From: Vicinamibacterales bacterium
Lineage (GTDB): Bacteria > Acidobacteriota > Vicinamibacteria > Vicinamibacterales > UBA8438
DNA length: 64,000 nucleotides
Reading direction: 5' to 3'
Assembly: GCA_965262555.1 (NCBI GenBank)
Contig: OZ253543.1
Location: 4,129,010 to 4,193,009 of the forward strand
The notes beneath the pieces are model-generated. The model made no database searches, was not told the origin of the DNA, and worked only from the letters and a program-made list of their open reading frames with translations. The position numbers and the translations under genes are program-made. Below, in pieces: positions 26,345 to 34,857 of this stretch (positions are counted from its first letter, which is position 1; each line of letters starts with the position of its first letter).

Positions 26345-29300
26345 TTAGTGGATTGTTGCATCGGAAGCCCTGGAAACACCGCCATCTCGACTCGCGATCA
26401 ACAGGCACTCGTTGATTGACGTGTGCGTTGACAGATTCGGATCTCGCGGGTCATGGCTGCACACGATCATGTCGATGTGGAACCGTGACGCGAGGAACTG
26501 TCGCTCGCGGAGCCCCGACGACCCCGTACAAGCGGTCACCGGTATGATCTTCGCCAGAACGCCGCTATCCTGGGCCAGGACCTTCTCGGCGAGCGGTGTG
26601 AACATCGTGCTGATGCTGTTCGAGTCGATGACGCCCGCCGCTTCCGCGTCGCTGGCCGCCAGCCGGTCGCGGATCTGAAGCTCCCGCCTTTGCAGGGCCT
26701 TGGTGACTTCCGGGGTGAACTTCCGCCCTTTCTTGTCGTTCGCGGTGAACGGCGGATTCATCATCACGATCCGCCGGTCCTCGACATCCTGGACGACTTC
26801 GGGGTCCACGGCCGACGACTCGAACAGAGCGCCCTGTCCCTGCTTGTCGCCTTCGGCGGCGTTCGCCGCCGCCGACCCCACCACGTCCTCATCGGTCAGC
26901 AACTCCAGCGTCCCGAGCCTCACGGTCTCGCCGTTGACGGAGCCGTACGGCATCGCCCGCAGAGCCATCTTCCGGTAGTCGATCAAAAGGTTGCCCAGCG
27001 TCATGCGCCCCGCCGCCATCTGCAAGGACACGGGATTGATGTCCAGACCCGTCACGAGCCGCTCGACGGCGTACTTGTGGAATTCGGCCGCGGTCCGTTC
27101 GTCGCCGCCGGCCTTGCGGATCCGATCCTTGACCACCTCCAAGTAGGCGTTCAACAGCGTGCCGCTCCCGCAGGCCAGATCGGCTATCTTGAGCCGCTTC
27201 CACGTTCGCCGCTCCTTCCACGCGGTTTCGCCGGTCGCATCGAGCGCCAGCTCGGCCAGCAGCCGCGCCGCCGGCTGCCGCGTGAAGAACGCACCGTCGG
27301 ACGCCTGGTTGCCCAGGACCCGGCTGAATAGCTCGCCGGCGTACTCCATGCCCATCGACACGTAGAGCTCGGCGTTCTCGCTCGCCCAGGCGGCGACCGC
27401 TCGCACGGCCTGATTGACACCACCGTGCGCGTCCGCTGCCGCCAGCGCCTCCAGAACATCTAGCGCCGGCCGGAACACCGGCTCGTAGTCGTACCGCAGG
27501 ACGGCCATCCACGCCGCCCGCAGCACCTTGACGGGTTCGCTTCCGGTCGCCACGTCGTGAAGCCGGCCGACACGGGCCAGATCCGCCGCCTGCCCCTTCG
27601 CGTCCTCCAGCCGCGCGTGCAGGAGCGCGGCGTTCATGAGGAGCAACACGCTGACCGTGCACGCATCGGCGTGGGCGTCCGCCTCCTGTAAGTGCTCCAT
27701 GCCGAGCACCGAACGCAGCCGGCCCTCCAGCCCTTCGCGGCTCAAGTGCGCGGATGCGCGACGCACCGGCTCCATCAACAGGTTAAAGTCTCGGACCTCG
27801 TTCCCGCGCAGCCCGGACTTCTCCATCACCTCGACGCGCAGATCGCGTCCTACGCCGTCCTTCCGGATCTGCTCCAGGAGCCGCTGCGTTGGCGACTGTC
27901 CGGCCCGACGCCCCTCCTTGGAACCATCGCGCCGGGAGGCGCGCCGTCGGGGCCGTCGCGGCAACGGGTCGAGTGCCTCGGCCACCTCGCGCGCCCGCTC
28001 CACGGTCTTCGCCACGTCCACGCCGCCCTGACGCTCCGCGGACCGCGCCGCCGCCTGCACGGTGCAACGGACGCCGCCGCGACCGCGCTGGACCACCAGC
28101 ACAGCCGGCGACCCATCCAGCATCTTTTCGTCGTCCGCAGCCGACCTGTCGGTGAAGCGCTCAGGCTCGCCGCGGATCGCCGGAGCCTGCCGCCACTCAA
28201 AGCCCTTGGCCTCCGTCAGGTACTCGGTGACAGGAGCCGCGCCCGCGGTCGAAGCCTCACGCCACGCCGGCACTTCCGCCTGCGCCACGGCGTCTTCAGC
28301 GTGGCCCCGAGGTCCCGTCCACACGCCCATGCGCGTCTCGCCGCCGTCGCGGACCACCAGCGGCTGGCAAACCGGTTCTTCAGCCTCCGGCGGCACATAG
28401 ATCTGCAACAGGCTCGATATCTCGTCCTCGATACGTCCATCGTGCGCCCGCAGCGCCCGCAACACCTCACCGAGCATCTTCCACTCGTCGCCGAGTGTGT
28501 CCATCGACAGACTCGTCTCCGCGTCGATGCCCCGCGGCAGCGGCACCGGCACGATGACGTACCCGTGTTCTTTCCCCGGTGCTCGGCGCATGCAGCGGCC
28601 GACGATCTGGATCACGTCGGTCGGGCTGCGGCGCGGGGCCAACAGCGCCACCGCATCGAGACTGGGACTGTCCGTCCCCTCCCCGAAGATCCCGACGTTG
28701 GCGATCCCGCGCGGATTCTCGCCATCCGCCGCTGCGAGATCGCGCAGCGCCCGTCGCCGTTCGCGCACCGGATGTCCCGCGTCGAGATGCTCAACGGCAT
28801 ACTGCCGACCAGCGCCATCGAAGCCGCCCTCGGCGAAGTACTGCTCGATCTCCAAGCGCCCCTCGTCGCTGTTGAGCCACTTCGCCATCTGGTCCGACCG
28901 CTGGACCTTGTTCAGGAACGCCAGGGACCGGCTCACCCGCACGCTGCCGTCGTCTCCGACCGCGCCTCCGGCAAGCGTCACGCCGTAGACCAGCCAGGAG
29001 AGCGCCTCGCGGGTCGTCAGCCCGCGCGACTCCTGCGACTGCTCGAATCGCTGGACGATGCGATTGGCCGCCGTCCACGCTCGCTCATTAACGCCGATCG
29101 CGATGATCCGATAGTCGGACAGAAAGCGCTTCTCGACCGCCTCCTTGTACGGGAGCCGGTAGGCCACCGGGCCGAAGATCGACTGGTCCGACATGCTCGC
29201 CACGATCCACTTCGTGCGGTCAATACGGGCGACCTTCACGTTGCTCGCATCGAAGACGCGGGGCGTCGCCGTCTGGTACAGCCGGTACCGGGCCGGAAAC

Positions 29301-30520
29301 GCCTCCTGGTCGTGACACAGCGTGAACACACGCATCCGCTCCGCTCGCCGCTGACTCTTCACCGGCCGCAACTGAGCCGTCCGGTGCGCCTCGTCCAGAA
29401 TTAGGACCTGCGCGAACTGGCGCTCCGCCAGCAGCGCGTCCGCCGTGTGATGCGCCGACTGGTATGTCGAGAAGATGATGTGCAGGTCGGTCGAGTCCAC
29501 GCCAGCGCGAAGCCAGTCGGCGACCGCCTCGGCGCTCTGGGACACCCGGCAACCGACATCGGCCGCGCGGACCTGTCCGGCGTCCCGTGTCGGATCCGCC
29601 GCGAGATCCGGATCCCGCTCGACATCGACATGTCCCGCCGTCGCGTCGCTGCACACCGCCAGCGTCCGCACCGGGCGACCGATGTGCGACAGGTACTCGC
29701 GCCGCACCTGCGCGATCAATGCGATGCTCGGCACGAGCACCACGCCAAGGTCGCCGGGTCCCGACAACTCCGACATGATCCGCATCGACACGCGGGTCTT
29801 GCCGGTCCCGCACGGCAGCACGAGCGTCGCCCGGGCTGGGTCACGCGGCATCCAATCCGCCGGGTTGCGGCCGAGCCAGCGGTCCCGATGCTCGGCCAAC
29901 CCGGCGCGAAGCGCCTGCACGCACGCGGCCACGGCCTCTTGCTGCATAGCCGTACGCGGGTCGGGTTCAGTCGACGCCCGTTCCCGTTCCCTCGCATCCG
30001 CCAGCGCTTCGGCCAGCGCCGCCTCGAAGTCGATGAACGTCACCTCGGCGACGGCGGCGGCATCCTCCGTCGCCGCGCTCCGGCGGGCCTCGGCTACCAT
30101 CCAGCGCTCAGCGAACACCGACGACGGAGCAGCCCCGGCGAACTGCTGCACCTGCTTCGTCGTCACGGCCCCGTCGCCGCTCCGCGCCTTGCACTGGATC
30201 GCCACACGGGAACCGTCATGCTTGACGGCCACGAGGTCGATGCCGGCGTCGTGCGACGGCAGGGGAACGCCTACCGTCGTCCGCTCCGGCCACTCCAGAT
30301 AGGGCCAGCACTCGGCGATCTCCCAACTCGGAACATCCCGCGCATGCCGCAGCACCGCGTCCTCGAACTGCGTCCCGTCGAACCGGCGCGCGTCCCTGTC
30401 GGCTTGCAGGGACACGAGCGTCTCGTTGAAACTCGAAACCTGATCCGTCATGATCGTGCGGAAGTGTACATCGCGAGGGCCGTCAGTCGGAATGGAACCG
30501 TCAACCGTTACGGTCGCCAC
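26345..30520 (-). CDS. single-polypeptide Mrr-like nuclease / SF2 helicase-type ATPase / N6-adenine methyltransferase (Type ISP-like R-M fusion)
   Basis: - N-terminal nuclease motif: HDAGIDLVAVKHDGSRVAIQCK.
- Walker A: LPCGTGKTRV.
- DEAH box: LILDEAHRT.
- Helicase-C: GIFGEGTDSPSLDAVALLAPRRSPTDVIQIVGRCMRR.
- Methyltransferase motif I: IADLACGSGTLL.
- Methyltransferase motif IV: MMNPPFT.
- Only about 140 aa follow NPPF.
- An alternative ATG start lies at 30451. Confidence 0.8.
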   Translation of the reverse strand: MATVTVDGSIPTDGPRDVHFRTIMTDQVSSFNETLVSLQADRDARRFDGTQFEDAVLRHARDVPSWEIAECWPYLEWPERTTVGVPLPSHDAGIDLVAVKHDGSRVAIQCKARSGDGAVTTKQVQQFAGAAPSSVFAERWMVAEARRSAATEDAAAVAEVTFIDFEAALAEALADARERERASTEPDPRTAMQQEAVAACVQALRAGLAEHRDRWLGRNPADWMPRDPARATLVLPCGTGKTRVSMRIMSELSGPGDLGVVLVPSIALIAQVRREYLSHIGRPVRTLAVCSDATAGHVDVERDPDLAADPTRDAGQVRAADVGCRVSQSAEAVADWLRAGVDSTDLHIIFSTYQSAHHTADALLAERQFAQVLILDEAHRTAQLRPVKSQRRAERMRVFTLCHDQEAFPARYRLYQTATPRVFDASNVKVARIDRTKWIVASMSDQSIFGPVAYRLPYKEAVEKRFLSDYRIIAIGVNERAWTAANRIVQRFEQSQESRGLTTREALSWLVYGVTLAGGAVGDDGSVRVSRSLAFLNKVQRSDQMAKWLNSDEGRLEIEQYFAEGGFDGAGRQYAVEHLDAGHPVRERRRALRDLAAADGENPRGIANVGIFGEGTDSPSLDAVALLAPRRSPTDVIQIVGRCMRRAPGKEHGYVIVPVPLPRGIDAETSLSMDTLGDEWKMLGEVLRALRAHDGRIEDEISSLLQIYVPPEAEEPVCQPLVVRDGGETRMGVWTGPRGHAEDAVAQAEVPAWREASTAGAAPVTEYLTEAKGFEWRQAPAIRGEPERFTDRSAADDEKMLDGSPAVLVVQRGRGGVRCTVQAAARSAERQGGVDVAKTVERAREVAEALDPLPRRPRRRASRRDGSKEGRRAGQSPTQRLLEQIRKDGVGRDLRVEVMEKSGLRGNEVRDFNLLMEPVRRASAHLSREGLEGRLRSVLGMEHLQEADAHADACTVSVLLLMNAALLHARLEDAKGQAADLARVGRLHDVATGSEPVKVLRAAWMAVLRYDYEPVFRPALDVLEALAAADAHGGVNQAVRAVAAWASENAELYVSMGMEYAGELFSRVLGNQASDGAFFTRQPAARLLAELALDATGETAWKERRTWKRLKIADLACGSGTLLNAYLEVVKDRIRKAGGDERTAAEFHKYAVERLVTGLDINPVSLQMAAGRMTLGNLLIDYRKMALRAMPYGSVNGETVRLGTLELLTDEDVVGSAAANAAEGDKQGQGALFESSAVDPEVVQDVEDRRIVMMNPPFTANDKKGRKFTPEVTKALQRRELQIRDRLAASDAEAAGVIDSNSISTMFTPLAEKVLAQDSGVLAKIIPVTACTGSSGLRERQFLASRFHIDMIVCSHDPRDPNLSTHTSINECLLIASRDGGVSRASDATIH

Positions 30521-30574
30521 ACCTGTCGTTGCATCGGGACCGGTTCATCACCGAACTGGCGCGCGACGACTCGG

Positions 30575-30923
30575 CGGCGAGCGCCGGCCGCGACCGTGGC
30601 AACCCTTCCCGGAGGGACATCTTCGATGGGGAGCGACCGGCCCGGCAGGTGTGACGGAGGAACGCCTGCCGGGTCCGCAAAACGCCAGTTTTGCGGCGGG
30701 TCGCTCCCATACCTCACCCCTGTACCTTTTCTGTACGTGGGGGGCGGTATGTGGTGTTGGGATCGAGTTGATATGAAAGGACTTATTCGGTACAGGGGTG
30801 TAAGTGAAACTGTGACTGGGGGTGTAAGTTGAGGCTCCGAGGCTGCTTACACCTCCCGTCCGGCACGATGCGTGTAATCTCTGCCCCTGTCCCGGTGTGA
30901 TCAGGCGACCGGGTGGATCACAC
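30575..30923 (+). repeat. inner inverted repeat, right copy
   Basis: See 22223..22575. Confidence 0.8.
30628..30708 (+). repeat. three-way-junction element, short form, copy C (candidate ncRNA)
   Basis: GGGGAGCGACC GG CCCGGCAGGTG-TGACGGAGGAA-CGCCTGCCGGG T CCGCAAAAC-GCCA-GTTTTGCGG C GGGTCGCTCCC. Confidence 0.7.
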
Positions 30924-31447
30924 TTCCACTCGCGTGGCCTCTGCTCCCTCGGTCCGCCGATCCGTGCCGCCTTCCGTCTCCACCGTGCCGATCCCGTCGC
31001 TGTGGATCGGGACGTGCTTCCCGGCGATCTGCTGCACCTCTGCTCCTGCCGCCGTGTCCCGTCCGCTGTGGCCGGCGTGCGGCTCGACCGGGCGGGTTCG
31101 AGCCCGGAGCCGGTAGCGGCCGATGCGGTCTCGGGCTCCGGCTCGCCGCGACAACGGCGCGTGTTCGTCGTCAGCGAGGGCCAGCCTTCCGGCTGGCCCG
31201 TAAGAGCGTTTCCGCACGGTCGGCCGCGGCGGTCACCCGCAGGGCCGAAGCGCACGCGGAGGAGGCGCGGCAGCGCCTTGACGGCCGCGGGCGACCGTGC
31301 GCTCCCGGACGCCGGGGACCGCCCGGCGCTCATCATCCTGCCGAGCGAGCGGGCCGGCGACGGCCGCATCGATGGCGGGTCTGAAGCGGCGCGGCGACGC
31401 GCCGTCTCTCCGTCCGGGGGACGAGGGGGCGGAGCCACCCGCCAGTC

Positions 31448-31480
31448 TCCTTGTGTACACAAGGAGTATGCTGGCTATGA
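31448..31480. promoter_or_regulatory. 18-bp perfect palindrome TCCTTGTGTACACAAGGA plus GTATGCTGGCTATGA (inverted copy of the 20385 motif)
   Basis: Direct comparison with 20385..20417. Confidence 0.6.
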
Positions 31481-31494
31481 TGCCTAACAGGTGT

Positions 31495-31835
31495 CAGAGT
31501 CAGTTCTGTGAACGTGAAGTTTTCTCCCCTCGTCAGCCGCTGTTCGTCGGGTTGGTGGGCGAGCGCGTAGACGAAGCAGTCGCCGTCGTTGAGTCCGGGC
31601 GTGGCCCTTTCCCGTAGTCGGCAAACGCCCGTCACCCGATCTTGTCCTGAGCGAAATCGACCGCCACGACCTCAATGAGGACCGACTCGATCAACAGGTC
31701 GAGCGACCGAACACCGTCGGCCCCGTGACGCGACTTGAGGACCATCGACCACGCCCAGCGGCGGGACGCTGCAACGAGGAAATGGCGCGACTGAGACAAG
31801 CCATCCTGAGCAACGATGAGCGCTGTTTGCGACAT
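31495..31835 (-). pseudogene. decayed PIN-domain vapC
   Basis: Three frames carry successive pieces: MSQTALIVAQDGLSQSRHF...VLIEVVAVDFAQDKIG*, then RAFADYGKGPRP, then GLNDGDCFVYALAHQPDEQRLTRGENFTFTEL. At least two frameshifts are needed to join them, and the normal stop is lost. Confidence 0.6.
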
Positions 31836-32003
31836 ACGGGGGGACGTCAGTCAGGCGGACGCGCGCTACTCGGCACTCCGAAGACTGCCAGCCGGGACCG
31901 TGGACCGTGGCGGCTCGAATGGCCACTTTGTGACCTGGACGACGGGCCGGCTCGTTGGACCAGAGGCGGGCGCGTGATGCGCCGCGCTCGCGGCCGGAAA
32001 CGC

Positions 32004-32565
32004 ACCGCTCCGGGGTCGAGGCGGGGGTCACGGCGGGGGTCGAGCGGAATGGTACACGGACAGAGGGGGGGGTGTACCAAAAACAGAGTGGGGGGTGTAA
32101 CACACCGGCCTTCCAATTTCCGCCGTCGCTATTGGGTTTTTTCGTTATAAGCCGTCTGCCCCGAACCGCGCCAGCGGAGAGGGAGAGGACGGGAGCGACC
32201 CCCCTTTTTTCGCCGCTGGCGCGGCTCGACGAGTGGGGGGTGTAACACGTCGTGTACCACGCCGTGTCCCACCCGTCCCCCCTCGCTAAGCGGGGTCGCT
32301 CCCGTCCGAAATCATCCTTGCTGGAAGGCTCAGACGCCCGCCAACGGGCGCGAGCGGACACGCCGACGAGAGGCGTGATGACGCGGCGCGTCGTCGGGTT
32401 TTTGCTGACCGTCGGCGGCATGTCCTGGTGGTGCGAGTGGCACCGGCCGGGACTGTTCCCCGTCGATGATCCCGTGGCCGTGCTCGTGCACTGCCACATG
32501 CCCAATCTCTACCGGGCGGTCGTCGCCTGCTGCTGCGTCGCGCCAAGCGTCGGCGTCCTTATCGC
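32004..32565 (-). repeat. outer inverted repeat, right copy
   Basis: See 21318..21877. Confidence 0.8.
32191..32303 (-). repeat. three-way-junction element, long form, copy E
   Basis: The reverse complement matches copy D. The short hairpin loop is GCCA instead of GCTA, and one G-to-A change creates an A-C mismatch in the long stem. Confidence 0.6.
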
Positions 32566-32650
32566 GGGGCAGATGATGATTGCCGCCTCGCGCATCTGAT
32601 TCGCCAGAAGGGGCGGCAGACTGTCGCTCCCGGCGCCGACCGCGTTCGCC

Positions 32651-33910
32651 TCACGATGACGCGCCCGCCCGCGCGGTATCGGCAAGATGAAAAGCGACCA
32701 CCCGCCCGCGCGCCCCGGCAAGGTACGCCTCCCAGTCGTTCATCAGACGCCGCCGCCGCTCGAACAGGTCCGACCGCGCGTAGGCCGCCTCGACCTTGTT
32801 CTGGACAACGTGCGCGAGCGCCGCCTCGATAACCTCGCGCGGATGGTCGGTCTCCTCGGCCGCCCAGTCCCGGAACGACGAACGGAAGCCATGTGGAACG
32901 CAGGCGATGCCGCAGCGTTCGAGCAGCCGGCGAAACTGCTTGGTATCCAGCGGTATGCCGCCCCTGTCGGTGAACACCAACGGACCCGCGTCGCCGATCA
33001 TCCGCGCCTCGCACAGGATCTCGGTGGCCCTGCCGCACAGCGGCACCCGGTGGTCGCGCTTCATCTTCATCCGCGCCGCCGGAAGGGTCCACACGTGGTC
33101 CGTCGTGTCCATCTCGTCCCACGTGGCCCCGCGCACCTCGCCCGAACGTGCGGCCGTGAGCACCAGTAGCTCGCACGCCAGCTTGTCGACGGGTTTCTCC
33201 CCCGACGCCCGCACTGTCGCCACCGCAGCGGCGACCTCGCGGTGCGGCAGCGCCCGCATGTGCTCGACGATGTTGCGCTGCGGGCCAAGCACCGGCCGGA
33301 CCCGGTCGGCGGGGTTGTCGCTGCGCAGGTTCATCGCAATGGCCCACTCCAGCACGGCATGGAGGCGCTGCCGAACGGCCTTGGCGATGACCGGCTTGGC
33401 GTACCAGATGGGGGAGAGGATCGCCAGCACGTCGGCGCTCGTGACCTCCGAGACGGGCCGGGCGCCGATGCGCGGGAAGGCGTAGCGTTGAAGGCTGTTC
33501 CGCCACGCCCGGATCTGTTCGGCGTTCTTCCAGCCGCCCTGCTTCTGCTCGATCACGGCGGCGGCGGCCTCGGCGAAGGTGGGTATGCTCTGAAGGCGGC
33601 GCTTGTCGGCGAGCGGATCGCCGCCTTCGCGGGCGAGCTTGCGGTTGGCGACGGCCTTCTCGCGGGCCTCGGCGAGCGAGACGAGGGCGACGCTGCCGAG
33701 TCCGAGTTCGCAGCGCCGGCCGCGGATGACGAGGCGCTGGATCCAGCTTCTCGCGCCGGTCGGCTGGACGTAGAGGTAGAGTCCGTTGCCGTCGATGTGG
33801 TGTCCCGGCGGCGCACTGCGGACGAAGGCAGGGGCGAGGGCGTTGTGGGGATGGCGTCCCCGGCGCTTGGTTCTGCGGGGTGAGGGGGCGGCATCCGTCT
33901 CTGTATACAT
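32651..33910 (-). CDS. int: tyrosine integrase, P4-type, copy 3
   Basis: 419 aa, a full-length paralogue (GNGLYLYVQPTGARSWIQRLVIRGRRCELGLG ... HGFRSSFRDWAAEE ... AYARSDL). Confidence 0.9.
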   Translation of the reverse strand: MYTETDAAPSPRRTKRRGRHPHNALAPAFVRSAPPGHHIDGNGLYLYVQPTGARSWIQRLVIRGRRCELGLGSVALVSLAEAREKAVANRKLAREGGDPLADKRRLQSIPTFAEAAAAVIEQKQGGWKNAEQIRAWRNSLQRYAFPRIGARPVSEVTSADVLAILSPIWYAKPVIAKAVRQRLHAVLEWAIAMNLRSDNPADRVRPVLGPQRNIVEHMRALPHREVAAAVATVRASGEKPVDKLACELLVLTAARSGEVRGATWDEMDTTDHVWTLPAARMKMKRDHRVPLCGRATEILCEARMIGDAGPLVFTDRGGIPLDTKQFRRLLERCGIACVPHGFRSSFRDWAAEETDHPREVIEAALAHVVQNKVEAAYARSDLFERRRRLMNDWEAYLAGARGRVVAFHLADTARAGASS

Positions 33911-34035
33911 CCCTGCATTATATACGGGATGTTGGCGGATTCCGCAAGATGTCCTGACCGGTTTTAGTTCGCCGATGTGAGTAATAAACGCCTATTATTC
34001 AGCAACTTATGGTCTTACCTGCACTGCACTGGATG

Positions 34036-34822
34036 TCAGTGGACCGAGCATGGGCGGTGCCCATGCGGCACGGCGGCGATGCCGAGTTCCTTGGTCAATT
34101 TCGATAGCGTCGTGTTGGAGAGTGGCTTCCCGCGCGGACTGCGGAACACGAGGCCGGTGCCATCGCTCCGTCTCGGTACGTCGTGCAGGATCGCGAGCGC
34201 CCGCCCCGAGAGCGGGACGCGGTGATCCCGCTTCGCCTTCATGCGCGCGGCGGGGATGGCCCAGACGCCCGCGTCCAGGTCCATTTCGTCCCACGTCGCC
34301 AGGCGCACTTCGCCGGATCGCGCCGCCGTCAGCACCAGAAACTCGAACGCCCGCTTAATGGTGACCGCGGCCTGGGAGGTTCGCACGGTCGCGAGAGCGT
34401 CCGCCACCGCGTCGTGGGGTAGCGCCTGCAAGTGCTGGACACGACGGCCTGCTGTCGCCCGCCGTGTTGTCCGGCGGGTAGCCCATCGCGACCACCCATT
34501 TCATCACGGCGCCGATCCGTTGCCGTACCCGCCGCGCGGTCTCAGGCTTGTCGTGCCAGATCGGAGTTAAGGACCGCCGGCAGGCCGTGGTCACCCCGGA
34601 CAGGCACCACCCCGATGCGCGGGAACGCATAGGCGCGCAGACTGCGCGGCCAGGCTTGCCCGTACCTCGCACCACGCTGAAGAACCCAGCAGTGTTCCGA
34701 TTCGACACGACAAGATTCGTTCGTCGCTTGGGGCCGAGCGAGATCGAGCGGAGTCCTGTTCTTGTTCTGGCGCCATGATATGGGGGACCATGTGGGGGAC
34801 CATTCCCTCCTATCATAAACAT
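34036..34822 (-). pseudogene. decayed P4-type integrase adjacent to tRNA-Ser
   Basis: Pieces lie in at least three frames (WPRSLRAYAFPRIG; IWHDKPETARRVRQRIGAVMKWVVAMG; MQALPHDAV...LTAARSGEVRLATWDEMD...VPHGHRPCSVH*). About 70 N-terminal residues are missing. The C-terminal catalytic His/Tyr region is also missing, and the truncation point abuts the upstream region of integrase 3. Confidence 0.8.
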
Positions 34823-34857
34823 AAAATGCTGATAATAAAGGTGTTAGCAAAAATAAA

